A DNA stretch of 33,502 nucleotides from NCBI GenBank assembly GCA_947303225.1, contig CAMYXG010000002.1:1-33502 (forward strand), in the 5' to 3' direction. This DNA comes from an uncultured Bacillales bacterium. GTDB lineage: Bacteria; Bacillota_I; Bacilli_A; RF39; UBA660. The position numbers and the translations under genes are program-made. Position 1 is the stretch's first letter. Each line of letters begins with the position of its first letter. The notes beneath the pieces are model-generated. The model did no database searches. It worked only from the letters and a program-made list of their open reading frames with translations, and was not told where the DNA came from. Below are positions 16,845 to 26,295 of this stretch, piece after piece.

Positions 16845-16853
16845 ATTATATCA
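16845..16853 (-). promoter_or_regulatory. extended -10 element (TGATATAAT) upstream of 15628..16824
   Basis: Read on the minus strand, directly downstream of the NUDIX terminator. No good -35 element. Confidence 0.35.
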
Positions 16854-16882
16854 TATTTATTCATTTCTTTCTTTGAATGTGT

Positions 16883-16906
16883 AAAAAAGATTGTCAACTG
16901 ACAATC
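16883..16906 (-). terminator. intrinsic terminator after the NUDIX gene
   Basis: Stem GATTGT(CA)/(TG)ACAATC (16889-16906), followed by TTTTTT on the minus strand. Confidence 0.6.
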
Positions 16907-16910
16907 CTTT

Positions 16911-17372
16911 TTATTTTATATGTTCTCTTATTTTCTCAATATAATTTTTTGTAACAGGAGATAAATTATCTGGAAGCTTATGAATTGGAATCCATTCTAA
17001 TTTTTTTGATTCATCATCATTAATTTTTAAGGTACCATGATATTTTCTTATTTCACAGAGAACTGATACTACATATAATTCATCTCCATTTGGATATTTT
17101 CTGTATGTTTTTTCTCCGGAGAAGATATCTAATATTTTAATATCATCCATTTCTAGATTTGTTTCTTCTTTTAATTCTCTTCTTGCTGCTTCTTCTATTG
17201 ATTCATTTAATTCTAATGTTCCTCCTGGAAAATCCCAAGAATTAAAATCACTTCTCAATTGCATTAATATTTCATTTTTATCATTATATACTAATAACCA
17301 TGTTCCTGCTGTTAAGAGTGGTCTATGTCCTACGTATTTTCGAATACTTTCTAGATAGTTTTCTTCTTTCAT
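16911..17372 (-). CDS. NUDIX hydrolase
   Basis: Nudix box GTLELNESIEEAARRELKEETNL (G-x5-E-x7-REUxEE). Confidence 0.85.
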   Translation of the reverse strand: MKEENYLESIRKYVGHRPLLTAGTWLLVYNDKNEILMQLRSDFNSWDFPGGTLELNESIEEAARRELKEETNLEMDDIKILDIFSGEKTYRKYPNGDELYVVSVLCEIRKYHGTLKINDDESKKLEWIPIHKLPDNLSPVTKNYIEKIREHIK

Positions 17373-17381
17373 ATTATCCTC

Positions 17382-17804
17382 TTATAATTTGTTATATTCT
17401 TCATCTGTTACTGGTTCACACCATTCATTACTCGTATTTTCTCCTGGTACTTCTACTGCTATATGGGAAAACCATGAATCTTTTTTTGCTCCATGCCAGT
17501 GTTTTACATTGGCTGGTATTGTTATGACTTTTCCTGGTGTAAGTGATACTGCTGCTTTTCCTTCTTCTTGATACCATCCTTCTCCTGCTATACAAATCAA
17601 GACTTGTCCTCCACCTTTTGTTGCATGATGAATATGCCAATTATTTCTACAAGAGGGTTCAAATGTAACGTTAAATAAACTAAAATTAATATCATCTAAT
17701 TTTGCTAAAGGATTTAGATAACTTTTTCCTATAAAGTATTGTCCAGCTGGGTTATCCTCTCCTTGTCCAAATACATTGATTTTATCAAATTCTTCTTTAT
17801 TCAT
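17382..17804 (-). CDS. cupin-domain protein
   Basis: Has cupin His motifs (NNWHIHHATKGG...; VKHWHGA). Start set at ATG 17804, 9 nt after GGAGG; the track start is a TTG inside the upstream gene. Confidence 0.7.
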   Translation of the reverse strand: MNKEEFDKINVFGQGEDNPAGQYFIGKSYLNPLAKLDDINFSLFNVTFEPSCRNNWHIHHATKGGGQVLICIAGEGWYQEEGKAAVSLTPGKVITIPANVKHWHGAKKDSWFSHIAVEVPGENTSNEWCEPVTDEEYNKL

Positions 17805-18117
17805 CACCATACACCTCCTCAATCATTGGAAATGTTGACCATGCTTTTGGCCAACCACAATAGAAAGCAAGTTGGGTAATGGCTTCTACTACTTCCTCTT
17901 TTTTTAATCCATGTTCTTTTCCCATGATTAAATGTGACTTCAATTGAGGATATAAACCCGCTGAGAATAATGCAGATATCGTTATTAAACTTCTATCCCT
18001 AGGAGATAATTGTTCTTCTCTAGACCATACTTCTCCAAATAATACATCATCATTTAATCTTGCAAATTCTGGGGCAAGATTTCCCAATCTTTCTTTTCCG
18101 GCTGTTTGCTTTTTCAT
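17797..18117 (-). CDS. carboxymuconolactone decarboxylase (CMD/AhpD-like) family protein
   Basis: Its size and sequence pattern (VWSREEQLSPRDRSLITISAL...HLIMGKEHGLKKEEVVEAITQLAFYCGWP) are typical of the CMD family. CMD genes are commonly paired with a cupin gene. Confidence 0.7.
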   Translation of the reverse strand: MKKQTAGKERLGNLAPEFARLNDDVLFGEVWSREEQLSPRDRSLITISALFSAGLYPQLKSHLIMGKEHGLKKEEVVEAITQLAFYCGWPKAWSTFPMIEEVYGDE

Positions 18118-18129
18118 ACTATCTCTCCT

Positions 18130-18522
18130 TTAAAATTCAATTATTTTTGGTTCTTCTGTAAAAGAAGAAAATGTAGCGATAGCATCTTCAAAATACAATA
18201 CTATCGTATTCTCATCTAATTCATTATACATATCTCTTAAATTTGGATTCTTATCTAACATATCTTTTTTTGCTTCTACTCTATTATCTTCTATCAGTTT
18301 TCCAGATACTCTTAACCAAGTTCCTTCTTTAAATGCACATATTTCTACTTGATTATTCTTTTCAATTTGCTTATATACTTCTTTTTTCTTTCCTGTTTGA
18401 ATATATAAGTGATTTTCAAATATTTCTGCTGTTCCGAATGGTCTTACTCTTGGTTGATTTCCATCAATAGTAGCAAGATAATAGATTCCACATTTTTTTA
18501 GAAATTCTTGTACTTCTTTCAT
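18130..18522 (-). CDS. pyridoxamine 5'-phosphate oxidase-like FMN-binding split-barrel protein
   Basis: 130 aa. The pattern YYLATIDGNQPRVRPFG...VEICAF...WLRVSGK is typical of this family. Confidence 0.65.
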   Translation of the reverse strand: MKEVQEFLKKCGIYYLATIDGNQPRVRPFGTAEIFENHLYIQTGKKKEVYKQIEKNNQVEICAFKEGTWLRVSGKLIEDNRVEAKKDMLDKNPNLRDMYNELDENTIVLYFEDAIATFSSFTEEPKIIEF

Positions 18523-18549
18523 TTTTTTCCTTTCTATTATCTATTGATT

Positions 18550-18984
18550 TTAATCTATAAAATGGTCTTTTTCTAATGTTGATTCACAATAATGACAACG
18601 ATACACTTTATCTTTTTTATTTGTTAAATTAAATATTTGATCTAAGTTTCTTTCTGTTGAAGTGATACACCTAGGATTATTGCATTTACATACATTCATT
18701 AAAACTTCTGGTAGTTGTAATTTTTTCTTTTCTATGATTTTATCTTTTTTTACAATATTTACTGTTGCTTTCGGATCAATATAAGCAATTTTATCTAGAT
18801 TAATATCAATTAATTGTCCTATTTTTATTAGGTCTTTTGTTTTCATCTTTTTACTTTTTGCATTGGTAATTAATGCTACTTGACAATCAAGTTTTTCTAA
18901 ATTTAATAATCGATATATTTTAATGGCATTTCCTGGAGTAATATGGTCAATGACATAGCCATCTTTTATGGTATCAATATTCAT
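18550..18984 (-). CDS. pyrI: aspartate carbamoyltransferase regulatory chain
   Basis: Has [10 protein letters not shown] and the C-terminal zinc motif [10 protein letters not shown]...YRCHYCE. The ATG overlaps the pyrB stop (ATGA). Confidence 0.85.
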   Translation of the reverse strand: MNIDTIKDGYVIDHITPGNAIKIYRLLNLEKLDCQVALITNAKSKKMKTKDLIKIGQLIDINLDKIAYIDPKATVNIVKKDKIIEKKKLQLPEVLMNVCKCNNPRCITSTERNLDQIFNLTNKKDKVYRCHYCESTLEKDHFID

Positions 18985-19913
18985 TCTCTTCCCTCCAAAC
19001 ATTTTAGTATTAAAGCCATTCTTATATAAACTCCATTATAAGCTTGTTCAAAGTAGGTTGCTCTATCATCATCATCTACTTCTGTAGCAATTTCATTGAC
19101 TCTTGGTAGTGGATGCATGATGCACAAGTCTTTCTTGGCAGTACTAAGTTTCTTTTTATCTAGAATATAATAATCTTTTAATCTTAAATAATCTTCTTCG
19201 TTAAAGAACCTTTCTCTTTGTACTCTTGTCATATACAGAATATCTAATTCTTTCATGTATTCTTCCATACTATCTGTCTCTATGTATTCTACTTTATTCT
19301 TCTCTAATACTTCTTTGGTAATGTATTCTGGAAGTCGTAACTCTTTTGGTGATATTAAGATAAATTTAATATTTTTATATCTTACCATAGCTGAAATTAA
19401 GGAATGAATGGTTCTTCCAAATTTTAAGTCTCCACATAAGCCAATTGTTAGATTATCTAATCTTCCTTTCTTTCTGCTAATCGTCAGTAAATCTGTTAAT
19501 GTTTGAGTAGGATGATTGTGTCCTCCATCACCTGCATTAATAATTGGAATAAAGGACTTTTTAGCTGCTACCATTGGTGCTCCTTCTTTTGGATGACGCA
19601 TCGCTATGATATCAGCATATCCACTAACGGTTTCAATCGTATCTGCTAGAGTTTCTCCTTTGGCAGTAGATGATGATGCTGCCTCTGAAAATCCTAATAC
19701 CTTTCCTCCTAGCCTTAACATTGCTGATTCAAAACTTAATCTTGTTCTAGTACTTGGTTCAAAAAATAAAGTAGCCAATATCTTCCCATCACATTTATGA
19801 GCATATGCTTCTTTGTGAAGAATAATATCATTGGCTACTTTAATTAAATCATCTATTTCTTTTGTTGATAAATCTCTAATATCAATTAAATTTTTTGTTT
19901 TTTCTTTTGTCAT
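18981..19913 (-). CDS. pyrB: aspartate carbamoyltransferase catalytic chain
   Basis: Has the [13 protein letters not shown] and HPLPR signatures. Confidence 0.9.
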   Translation of the reverse strand: MTKEKTKNLIDIRDLSTKEIDDLIKVANDIILHKEAYAHKCDGKILATLFFEPSTRTRLSFESAMLRLGGKVLGFSEAASSSTAKGETLADTIETVSGYADIIAMRHPKEGAPMVAAKKSFIPIINAGDGGHNHPTQTLTDLLTISRKKGRLDNLTIGLCGDLKFGRTIHSLISAMVRYKNIKFILISPKELRLPEYITKEVLEKNKVEYIETDSMEEYMKELDILYMTRVQRERFFNEEDYLRLKDYYILDKKKLSTAKKDLCIMHPLPRVNEIATEVDDDDRATYFEQAYNGVYIRMALILKCLEGRE

Positions 19914-19967
19914 TCTATCTCCTCCTTATTGTCTATTTTATCATGAGGAGAAATATTCTGTCTATTA

Positions 19968-21065
19968 TTATTTTTGCAAAGACGTCGTTATAACTGGTTC
20001 TGCTTCATTTTCACTAAAAAAGGTATCAAATTCTCGTGCTACTTCTCTTTCTCTTTCTAGTCTAGCTCTTTCTTGGCGATTTGATTCTTGATGTTCTCTT
20101 GCTTTTTGTTCTTGTCTTTTTATCTCTTCTAATTTTTTTAATACAGCTTGTCTAATTTTTTCTTCTTCCATGTGAATTTTTTCAGATTGGCTCATAGCAT
20201 CTTCATAATAACGGTCCATAACTAGTGCATTTACTTTTTCAAAGTATTGGTTGATTCCTAAAACAGAAGCTTGTTTTAATTCTGCTATTTTAGTTTCTAT
20301 TTCTTGTTTTCTTGGAACAGTATATTGTAAAATACTTTCTTGGATTTCTGGGGTTAGAGACTCTAGTACTGGAAATATTTCATCTGTTATTGGTACTTCT
20401 GTTAAGTATAATTCAAAATCTTGGTGATTTAAGTTTTCTGTTACTTTTGTAATTTCCACTGCTCTTATTCCTAATGGATGTTGCTGCAATGATTCATGTT
20501 GCTTTCTTGCTTCTTGTTCAGTAGATTGTGTTACAGTATTTAGTACTAAATCTGATTTTGTTGGAATTACAAAGATTTCTTCCGTAATCAAATCTTTAAA
20601 TTGTCCATTACCAAGATATTCTACAACAGTCCATAAATCTGCAAGTTCACCCAATATGCTTTTTGTATCTAGACCAGTCTCATCTACTCTGCTTCTCTTT
20701 GAACTAGAAACCATATTATATCCTGCAGGTGGAAAAGATGATTGAGTAGAAACCCTTACTCCATTAATTGAACTAGTAATATCACTATACCGTATTGCAA
20801 ATCTTTGTCCTACTTCTGCTAAAGATAAATTTGGAAGTTGTTCATATTCACTTAAATCTGGTTCAGCTGGTGCTTTTGGCATTGGTATAACATCTCCTAG
20901 CCAACGTGTAAAAAAGCTAGATGTAGCTTCGCGATATCTCTGTAATTTTTCTTGATATACTCTTAATCTTTCTTGATAGTCTCTTAATATACTTTCTCTT
21001 TTTTGTTCCATTTCTTCAATATATGATAAGTATTGATCTTTAAAGTCTTTAAAATCTCTTGCCAT
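19968..21065 (-). CDS. hypothetical protein, uncharacterised family (paralog of 5799..6557) with a C-terminal Arg/Glu-rich helix
   Basis: AGGAGG RBS. Shares collinear blocks with 5799..6557, including a 27-nt identical DNA core (20601-20627 = 6321-6347). Confidence 0.65.
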   Translation of the reverse strand: MARDFKDFKDQYLSYIEEMEQKRESILRDYQERLRVYQEKLQRYREATSSFFTRWLGDVIPMPKAPAEPDLSEYEQLPNLSLAEVGQRFAIRYSDITSSINGVRVSTQSSFPPAGYNMVSSSKRSRVDETGLDTKSILGELADLWTVVEYLGNGQFKDLITEEIFVIPTKSDLVLNTVTQSTEQEARKQHESLQQHPLGIRAVEITKVTENLNHQDFELYLTEVPITDEIFPVLESLTPEIQESILQYTVPRKQEIETKIAELKQASVLGINQYFEKVNALVMDRYYEDAMSQSEKIHMEEEKIRQAVLKKLEEIKRQEQKAREHQESNRQERARLEREREVAREFDTFFSENEAEPVITTSLQK

Positions 21066-21127
21066 TTTTCTATCCTCCTATTTTTAGTTTATCATAGAAG
21101 TTTTTCTCTTTCAATGATTTTTCTATT

Positions 21128-21176
21128 AAAAAAAAAGAAAAGTGTTTACAAATTATGATTCTCTTAACACTTTTCT
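21128..21176 (-). terminator. intrinsic terminator after 21153..22025
   Basis: An 11-bp stem (21136-21146 / 21166-21176) spans the stop codon and is followed by T8 on the minus strand. Confidence 0.6.
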
Positions 21177-22025
21177 TTGTTTCCTTACTAATGTTTTTTC
21201 CCCTTTTGGAATTATTACTTTTTGATGATAACGTATCATTTCTGGATTTTTAATTCTTCCATAGTTTTGATAGATGGCATCAATTTCCTTTGTGTCAAGC
21301 AATAATCCTAATTCGCTATTCATTTCTTCTATAAACTTCTTTGCTCGTTTATAACCCATTTCTGGAGTATTTGAAGCATAAAGTATTTTTAATGCTGTTA
21401 ATTTTAAAAGTCGATGTCTTAATTCTATTAGAAAATGATTATTTTCTATAACATTTTCTAGTTCATGATAATCAAATCTAGATGGATTTTCTTTTAGATA
21501 TTGATATATTGTTTCAATGTTTTGATTTACAAAAGAAGTTATTCTACTATCTATTATTCTTCCTGTATCTGGCTCTACTAAGATAGGGTAATTTTTCCTA
21601 TCATCTTCCTTATCATATAGATTGAATCCTATCCAACATTTTGCTACCTTTCTTCCATTCTCTATCTCTCTATAATTACCTGATGCATTTCCTGTCATTC
21701 CATACTCACAATCCATTATAATTAGTTGTTTTAACGGTAGTCTTATTAGCATTTCTTCTACTCCAATATTGGAATGATTCATCGTTCTTAAACGCTCTCC
21801 CCATGGATTATTTGGATATGGTTCTAATAAATAATCTGGATATTTTAATTGATACCAATTTGTTAAGGTATCTATTAGCATTTGAAAATCTTCTAAATTT
21901 ATATGATAACTTAGTTTTGCTCCATTTTGTATGGATAAATAATACCATTTTAAGAAATCTTCATTGTTTTTTACTTCATATTTTTTTCTGTCTCTTTTAT
22001 AATAATTTCTTTCTACTATATTCAT
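21153..22025 (-). CDS. hypothetical protein (290 aa)
   Basis: Long ORF with a GGGAGGG RBS and its own terminator. No motif recognised. Confidence 0.6.
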   Translation of the reverse strand: MNIVERNYYKRDRKKYEVKNNEDFLKWYYLSIQNGAKLSYHINLEDFQMLIDTLTNWYQLKYPDYLLEPYPNNPWGERLRTMNHSNIGVEEMLIRLPLKQLIIMDCEYGMTGNASGNYREIENGRKVAKCWIGFNLYDKEDDRKNYPILVEPDTGRIIDSRITSFVNQNIETIYQYLKENPSRFDYHELENVIENNHFLIELRHRLLKLTALKILYASNTPEMGYKRAKKFIEEMNSELGLLLDTKEIDAIYQNYGRIKNPEMIRYHQKVIIPKGEKTLVRKQRKVLRES

Positions 22026-22091
22026 AGTAAACCCTCCCAGTTGTTATTATAACACAACTAAAATAGAAGGAAAGATTTTTCTATCCTTCTA

Positions 22092-22652
22092 TTATTTAAT
22101 ATCATTATATAACATAGCTTTTTTTAATGATTTAGAATCTCCTCCTAGTTTTTCTAAGAGCATGTAGGCAAATGGAAACGTTGTTGCTGGTCCTCTACTA
22201 GTAATGATATTATCATCCACTACTACTATCTCATCATCTACGTAATTTGATTTCTTTAATATTTCTTTGTATTTTTCATTTGGATAAGAAGTGACTTTTC
22301 TGTTTGTAATGATTCCTGCTTTTTCTAATACTTGTGGTGCTGCACAGATAGCAGCAATCCATTTTTTCTTTTCATTAAAATCTTTTACCCAATTGATTAC
22401 TTCTTTTTCATCTCTTAAATTGTCTGCTCCTGGTTGTCCTCCTGGTAATACTATCATGTCATAGGTATCTTTTTTGATTTCTTTTATCGTATAGTCTGAT
22501 TTTATTGTTATTTGATGACTTCCTGTTACCATTTCTTCTCCTATTGATATTATGTCACAGATGATATTCCCTCTTCTTAATATATCTACAACCAATAGTG
22601 CTTCTCCTTCTTCAAAACCATTGGCTAATAAAATTGCTACTTTTTTATTCAT
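22092..22652 (-). CDS. DJ-1/PfpI family protein
   Basis: Has VAILLANGFEEGE, LPGG and the nucleophile elbow AAICAAP. Start set at ATG 22652, after AGGAGA. Confidence 0.8.
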   Translation of the reverse strand: MNKKVAILLANGFEEGEALLVVDILRRGNIICDIISIGEEMVTGSHQITIKSDYTIKEIKKDTYDMIVLPGGQPGADNLRDEKEVINWVKDFNEKKKWIAAICAAPQVLEKAGIITNRKVTSYPNEKYKEILKKSNYVDDEIVVVDDNIITSRGPATTFPFAYMLLEKLGGDSKSLKKAMLYNDIK

Positions 22653-22662
22653 ATTCTTTCTC

Positions 22663-23088
22663 CTACTCATTATTTCCTATTATGAAAAATACCATATAAT
22701 CTTTAAATTCTATCCAATATAGATTATCTACTATATAAAAGGGAGAATTAGCCCCTTCACTTCCACTCATTTTATATAATAGTTTATTATTTTTTGTTGT
22801 AGTTATTTTTATTGGTTCCCCTATATGAAAGTTAATCCAATAATGAATGGATTCTAATAATTTTTGATCTTTTCCTAATAATTCTTGTAGTAAATCCATG
22901 AATGATATTTTAACTTCTTCCCATTCATATTCTTCGTTTGGTACATGATAATCTTTTAATAGATTAGATAGTGCATTTTCTTTTTGATAACATTCTACTT
23001 CAATGTATGATGGCCCAATCCAGGTAGATAATGAAGATGCTAAATTCATGATACCAGATAAATAATTACTTAGTCTTGTTTGAACCAT
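22663..23088 (-). CDS. hypothetical protein (141 aa)
   Basis: ORF with an AAGGAG RBS, located directly upstream of the DJ-1-like gene. No motif recognised. Confidence 0.5.
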   Translation of the reverse strand: MVQTRLSNYLSGIMNLASSLSTWIGPSYIEVECYQKENALSNLLKDYHVPNEEYEWEEVKISFMDLLQELLGKDQKLLESIHYWINFHIGEPIKITTTKNNKLLYKMSGSEGANSPFYIVDNLYWIEFKDYMVFFIIGNNE

Positions 23089-23140
23089 AGAAAGCTCCTT
23101 TCTTTTCTGTATGTTTCATTGCCATTTCTATACTAATTCA

Positions 23141-24241
23141 TTATTCAAATGCTTCTGCTACTTTTTCTAGTAAATCTCTTATTTTTAGGTGTTGTGGACA
23201 TACTCTTTCACATTTTCCACATTTGATACAATCGCTTGCTTTACCATTGGTCTTTGTATGTATTCCATAATAATAACTAGAGTTCCAATCATGAAATTGT
23301 TCTTTCGCGTTGTAGCAAGCAAATAAGTCAGGAATGGAGATATTTTTTGGACATCCATCTGTACAATATCTACAAGCAGTACATGGAATTCCATTTAGTT
23401 TTTTTAATTCTTCTACTACTTGTTCTATTGCTTCATACTCTTCTTTATTTAATGGTTCAAAATTTTCCATATAGCTGGTATTATCTTTTAATTGCTCTAG
23501 ATTACTCATTCCAGATAAAACCATTTTTACTCCTTCTAGAGATGCTGCGAAACGAATTGCATAGCTTGCATAACTGAGCTTTTTATCAGAATTGCATTCA
23601 TCAAATATCTTTTTAGCACTATCTGGAAGGTTAACTAGATTTCCTCCTTTTACGGGTTCCATAATTAAAACTGGTTTTTCATATTTTCTACATACTTCAT
23701 AGCATTTTTCACTTTGAACACTTGCATCTTTATAGTCTAAATAATTTAATTGTATTTGTACAATCTCTATTTCTGGATGTTCTTTTAGTATTTGTTCTAA
23801 GACTTCTGCAGTATCATGAAAAGAAATTCCAAGGTGTTTGATTTTTCCTTCTTCTTTCAATTCTTGTGCTATTTTATATGCTTCGCATTTCGTAAAATGC
23901 TTATAATTATCTCTATCTTGAGCATGCATTAAGTAATAATCAAAATAATCTACTCCACATAGTTTTAATTGTTCTTCAAAGAATGGTTTTATATCTTCTT
24001 TTTTATTAAAATATGATTTTGTTAGTTTATTGGTTAAGATATAATCTTCTCTTTTATATCTTTTGGTAAGACAATCTCTAATTGCTGTTTCGCTTTTTCC
24101 TCCTAAATAACCATGAGCCGTATCAAAATAATTGAATCCTTTTTCTATAAAATAATCAATCATTTGATTAAATTCATCATACTCTACTTTTCCATTTTTC
24201 ATTGGAAGTCTCATACATCCAAATCCTAATTTCTTTTCCAT
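23141..24241 (-). CDS. aldo/keto reductase with a C-terminal 4Fe-4S ferredoxin-type domain
   Basis: Has an AKR N-terminus (GFGCMRLP...FDTAHGY) and two Cys clusters, CTACRYCTDGCP and CIKCGKCERVCP. Confidence 0.8.
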   Translation of the reverse strand: MEKKLGFGCMRLPMKNGKVEYDEFNQMIDYFIEKGFNYFDTAHGYLGGKSETAIRDCLTKRYKREDYILTNKLTKSYFNKKEDIKPFFEEQLKLCGVDYFDYYLMHAQDRDNYKHFTKCEAYKIAQELKEEGKIKHLGISFHDTAEVLEQILKEHPEIEIVQIQLNYLDYKDASVQSEKCYEVCRKYEKPVLIMEPVKGGNLVNLPDSAKKIFDECNSDKKLSYASYAIRFAASLEGVKMVLSGMSNLEQLKDNTSYMENFEPLNKEEYEAIEQVVEELKKLNGIPCTACRYCTDGCPKNISIPDLFACYNAKEQFHDWNSSYYYGIHTKTNGKASDCIKCGKCERVCPQHLKIRDLLEKVAEAFE

Positions 24242-24262
24242 TTTCTTTACTCCTTTTTTTTA

Positions 24263-24901
24263 TTAATAAAATAACATTATTGTTGAAATTGTAACTAAGA
24301 ATTGACATATTACATTACAAATTTCTATTAACCAGTGTACTTTTGGTTTCTTTAAATTAGCTTTCATTCCTACTCCACATAAGAATATAAATAAAATAAT
24401 TGCTATACCATATAATATGATTGGAAGAATCATTCTTTCTCTCATTGCTTCTGTGATTAAGGAAGTATAGATCAATAAGTATCCGATTGCTCCTATTAAT
24501 ACTGCTATTGTATTGACTTTTTTTGTCTTATAATAGATTAGTAATAGAAATAATAGATAGATTAGTACTAGTATACTCCATACAATAATTGGTATTTTTA
24601 GAGTGTATTTCATTAATGTTATTCCAGTTAGAAAGAGACCTGTATTTACGAGGAATACTAAACTAACAGGCATTCTAAATTTTATTATTTTTAATCCTAC
24701 TAGTACTTTTCCAGTTGGAATGATAAATCCAAATATTAAAGACATGATGATTCCTATTACTAGAAGATAATACCAATTTGGAGTCATTCTATTTTGTAAA
24801 TGAGTGATTAATACTATCGATGTTATTGTATATAGAATAGGATTGCCATAATCTAATAATCCTAATGGTACGGAAAATTGATTCATTTTTTCTTCTTTCA
24901 T
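24263..24901 (-). CDS. polytopic membrane protein, unknown function
   Basis: At least 6 hydrophobic segments. Its start overlaps the flavodoxin gene stop by 4 nt. Confidence 0.6.
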   Translation of the reverse strand: MKEEKMNQFSVPLGLLDYGNPILYTITSIVLITHLQNRMTPNWYYLLVIGIIMSLIFGFIIPTGKVLVGLKIIKFRMPVSLVFLVNTGLFLTGITLMKYTLKIPIIVWSILVLIYLLFLLLIYYKTKKVNTIAVLIGAIGYLLIYTSLITEAMRERMILPIILYGIAIILFIFLCGVGMKANLKKPKVHWLIEICNVICQFLVTISTIMLFY

Positions 24902-25398
24902 TTTATACTCCTTTTAAACGTTTGAATAAAATGATTGATATCTTTTTTCTTTTCTGTTGTTTCTTTCTCTTTGGGATCAATTAGAATTAATTCTTTTTGA
25001 AATTCTTTTATTCCAATATATTCTTTTAATTTCTCTATTGCTTTTTTTGCTCCTCCTCCGCTATAACAGATTATGACAGATATCTTTTTTTCTTTTAACT
25101 TTTCTTTATTTTCTTTTATAAAGGTTCTAATTGGTGGTGCAAAAGAACTTGCCCAAACAGGAGTTCCAATGATAATTTCATCATACTGGCTTGCATCAAA
25201 ATGATATTCTTCTAGAGTTGGAGTTTCTTTCATAACAGAGCTTTTTCCTCCCCAGAAAAATTTTTTAAATCCTTTCTTTGGGTAATCTTTCTTTGGAATG
25301 ATAGGCATTAAATCAACATCTAATTCTTTTTCTATCTTTTTTACAACATATTCTACATTTCCCGACATAGAATAATATATGACTGCTATTTTATTCAT
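24898..25398 (-). CDS. flavodoxin-like protein
   Basis: MNKIAVIYYSMSGNVE is an FMN-binding loop. Start set at ATG 25398, after GGAG. Confidence 0.7.
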   Translation of the reverse strand: MNKIAVIYYSMSGNVEYVVKKIEKELDVDLMPIIPKKDYPKKGFKKFFWGGKSSVMKETPTLEEYHFDASQYDEIIIGTPVWASSFAPPIRTFIKENKEKLKEKKISVIICYSGGGAKKAIEKLKEYIGIKEFQKELILIDPKEKETTEKKKDINHFIQTFKRSIK

Positions 25399-25440
25399 AA
25401 AATCTCCTTTTACTTTCTTATAGTATATCATTTTTTACCC

Positions 25441-25464
25441 AGAAAAAATCAGAAAAAATCTGAT
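25441..25464 (-). terminator. weak hairpin/terminator after the MBL gene
   Basis: A 6-bp stem ATCAGA/TCTGAT (25448-25453 / 25459-25464) followed by a T-run on the minus strand. The stem is AT-rich, so it is weak. Confidence 0.35.
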
Positions 25465-26295
25465 TTATTGTTTGATTAGGATATTATCTCCATTTGAATA
25501 TACAGAAATACTACCATTTTTTGTTAAATAGGGTTTCATTTGGAATGATTTTATTACATTCATTGTTTCTTCTTCACACCCTTCACTATTCGAACATGTT
25601 ATTACTCCATATTTTGGATTTATTTCTTCTAATAAGTTATCTAGACGCTTTAAATAATTTCCATGATAAGGTATTTTTATGAAATCATAGGTAGCATTAT
25701 TTTCTTTTAAAAAGTCTTTTATTCTAGCGTTTTCACTATCTCCCATAAATAAGAAGCTATTATTATTGTATATGATAGAAACAATTAAGGATGAATTATT
25801 GCTTTCATTTTTTTCATAGATAGTTTCTGGTCCATTTACATTGATTTTTAATTTTTCAAAAGAAATTTTAGTATCTCCTGAGACGGTTGTTGGAGTAATA
25901 TTTTTTTTCTCTAGGGAGTTTAAATAATTCTGATAGTAAGTACTATCTTTTGGACTATTACTTTGTAGGACTTCTCCTATTTCTATATTATCAATAATGC
26001 TACTAGCACTTCCTACATGATCTTTGTCAAAGTGAGTAATGATTAAGTATTCTAATCTTTTAATATTATTATTTTCAAAGTAATTTAATATTTCTTTTGA
26101 TAAAGATTCTTCTCCTGTGTCGATCATGATATATTTTTCATTTTTAGATATTAGAATAGCATCTGCTTTTCCTGCATTAAAGAAGTATATTTTTAAGTCA
26201 TAATCACTACTAATCTTTTCATTTTTATATAGAAAGAAAAGAATAATAGCAATGAATAATCCTACTATAACCATAATAATAATATCTTTTTTCAT
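25465..26295 (-). CDS. membrane-anchored metallo-beta-lactamase-fold hydrolase (ComEC C-terminal-domain-like)
   Basis: Has an N-terminal TM, DTGE, the HxxxxDH variant ITHFDKDHVG, and GDSE...PYHGN. Confidence 0.7.
   Translation of the reverse strand: MKKDIIIMVIVGLFIAIILFFLYKNEKISSDYDLKIYFFNAGKADAILISKNEKYIMIDTGEESLSKEILNYFENNNIKRLEYLIITHFDKDHVGSASSIIDNIEIGEVLQSNSPKDSTYYQNYLNSLEKKNITPTTVSGDTKISFEKLKINVNGPETIYEKNESNNSSLIVSIIYNNNSFLFMGDSENARIKDFLKENNATYDFIKIPYHGNYLKRLDNLLEEINPKYGVITCSNSEGCEEETMNVIKSFQMKPYLTKNGSISVYSNGDNILIKQ

Noticed and set aside
17428-17640. A minus-strand 70-aa ORF in an alternative frame inside the cupin gene. The ORF at 23185..23394 inside the AKR gene is a similar case.
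   Set aside because: Both lie wholly within genes that carry clear family motifs, have Arg/Ser-rich composition and lack an RBS.
19914-19967. A possible PyrR-type attenuator upstream of pyrB.
   Set aside because: The gap is only 54 nt and contains no terminator hairpin or PyrR-box-like sequence. pyrBI may simply be read through from the upstream gene or use an unrecognised promoter.
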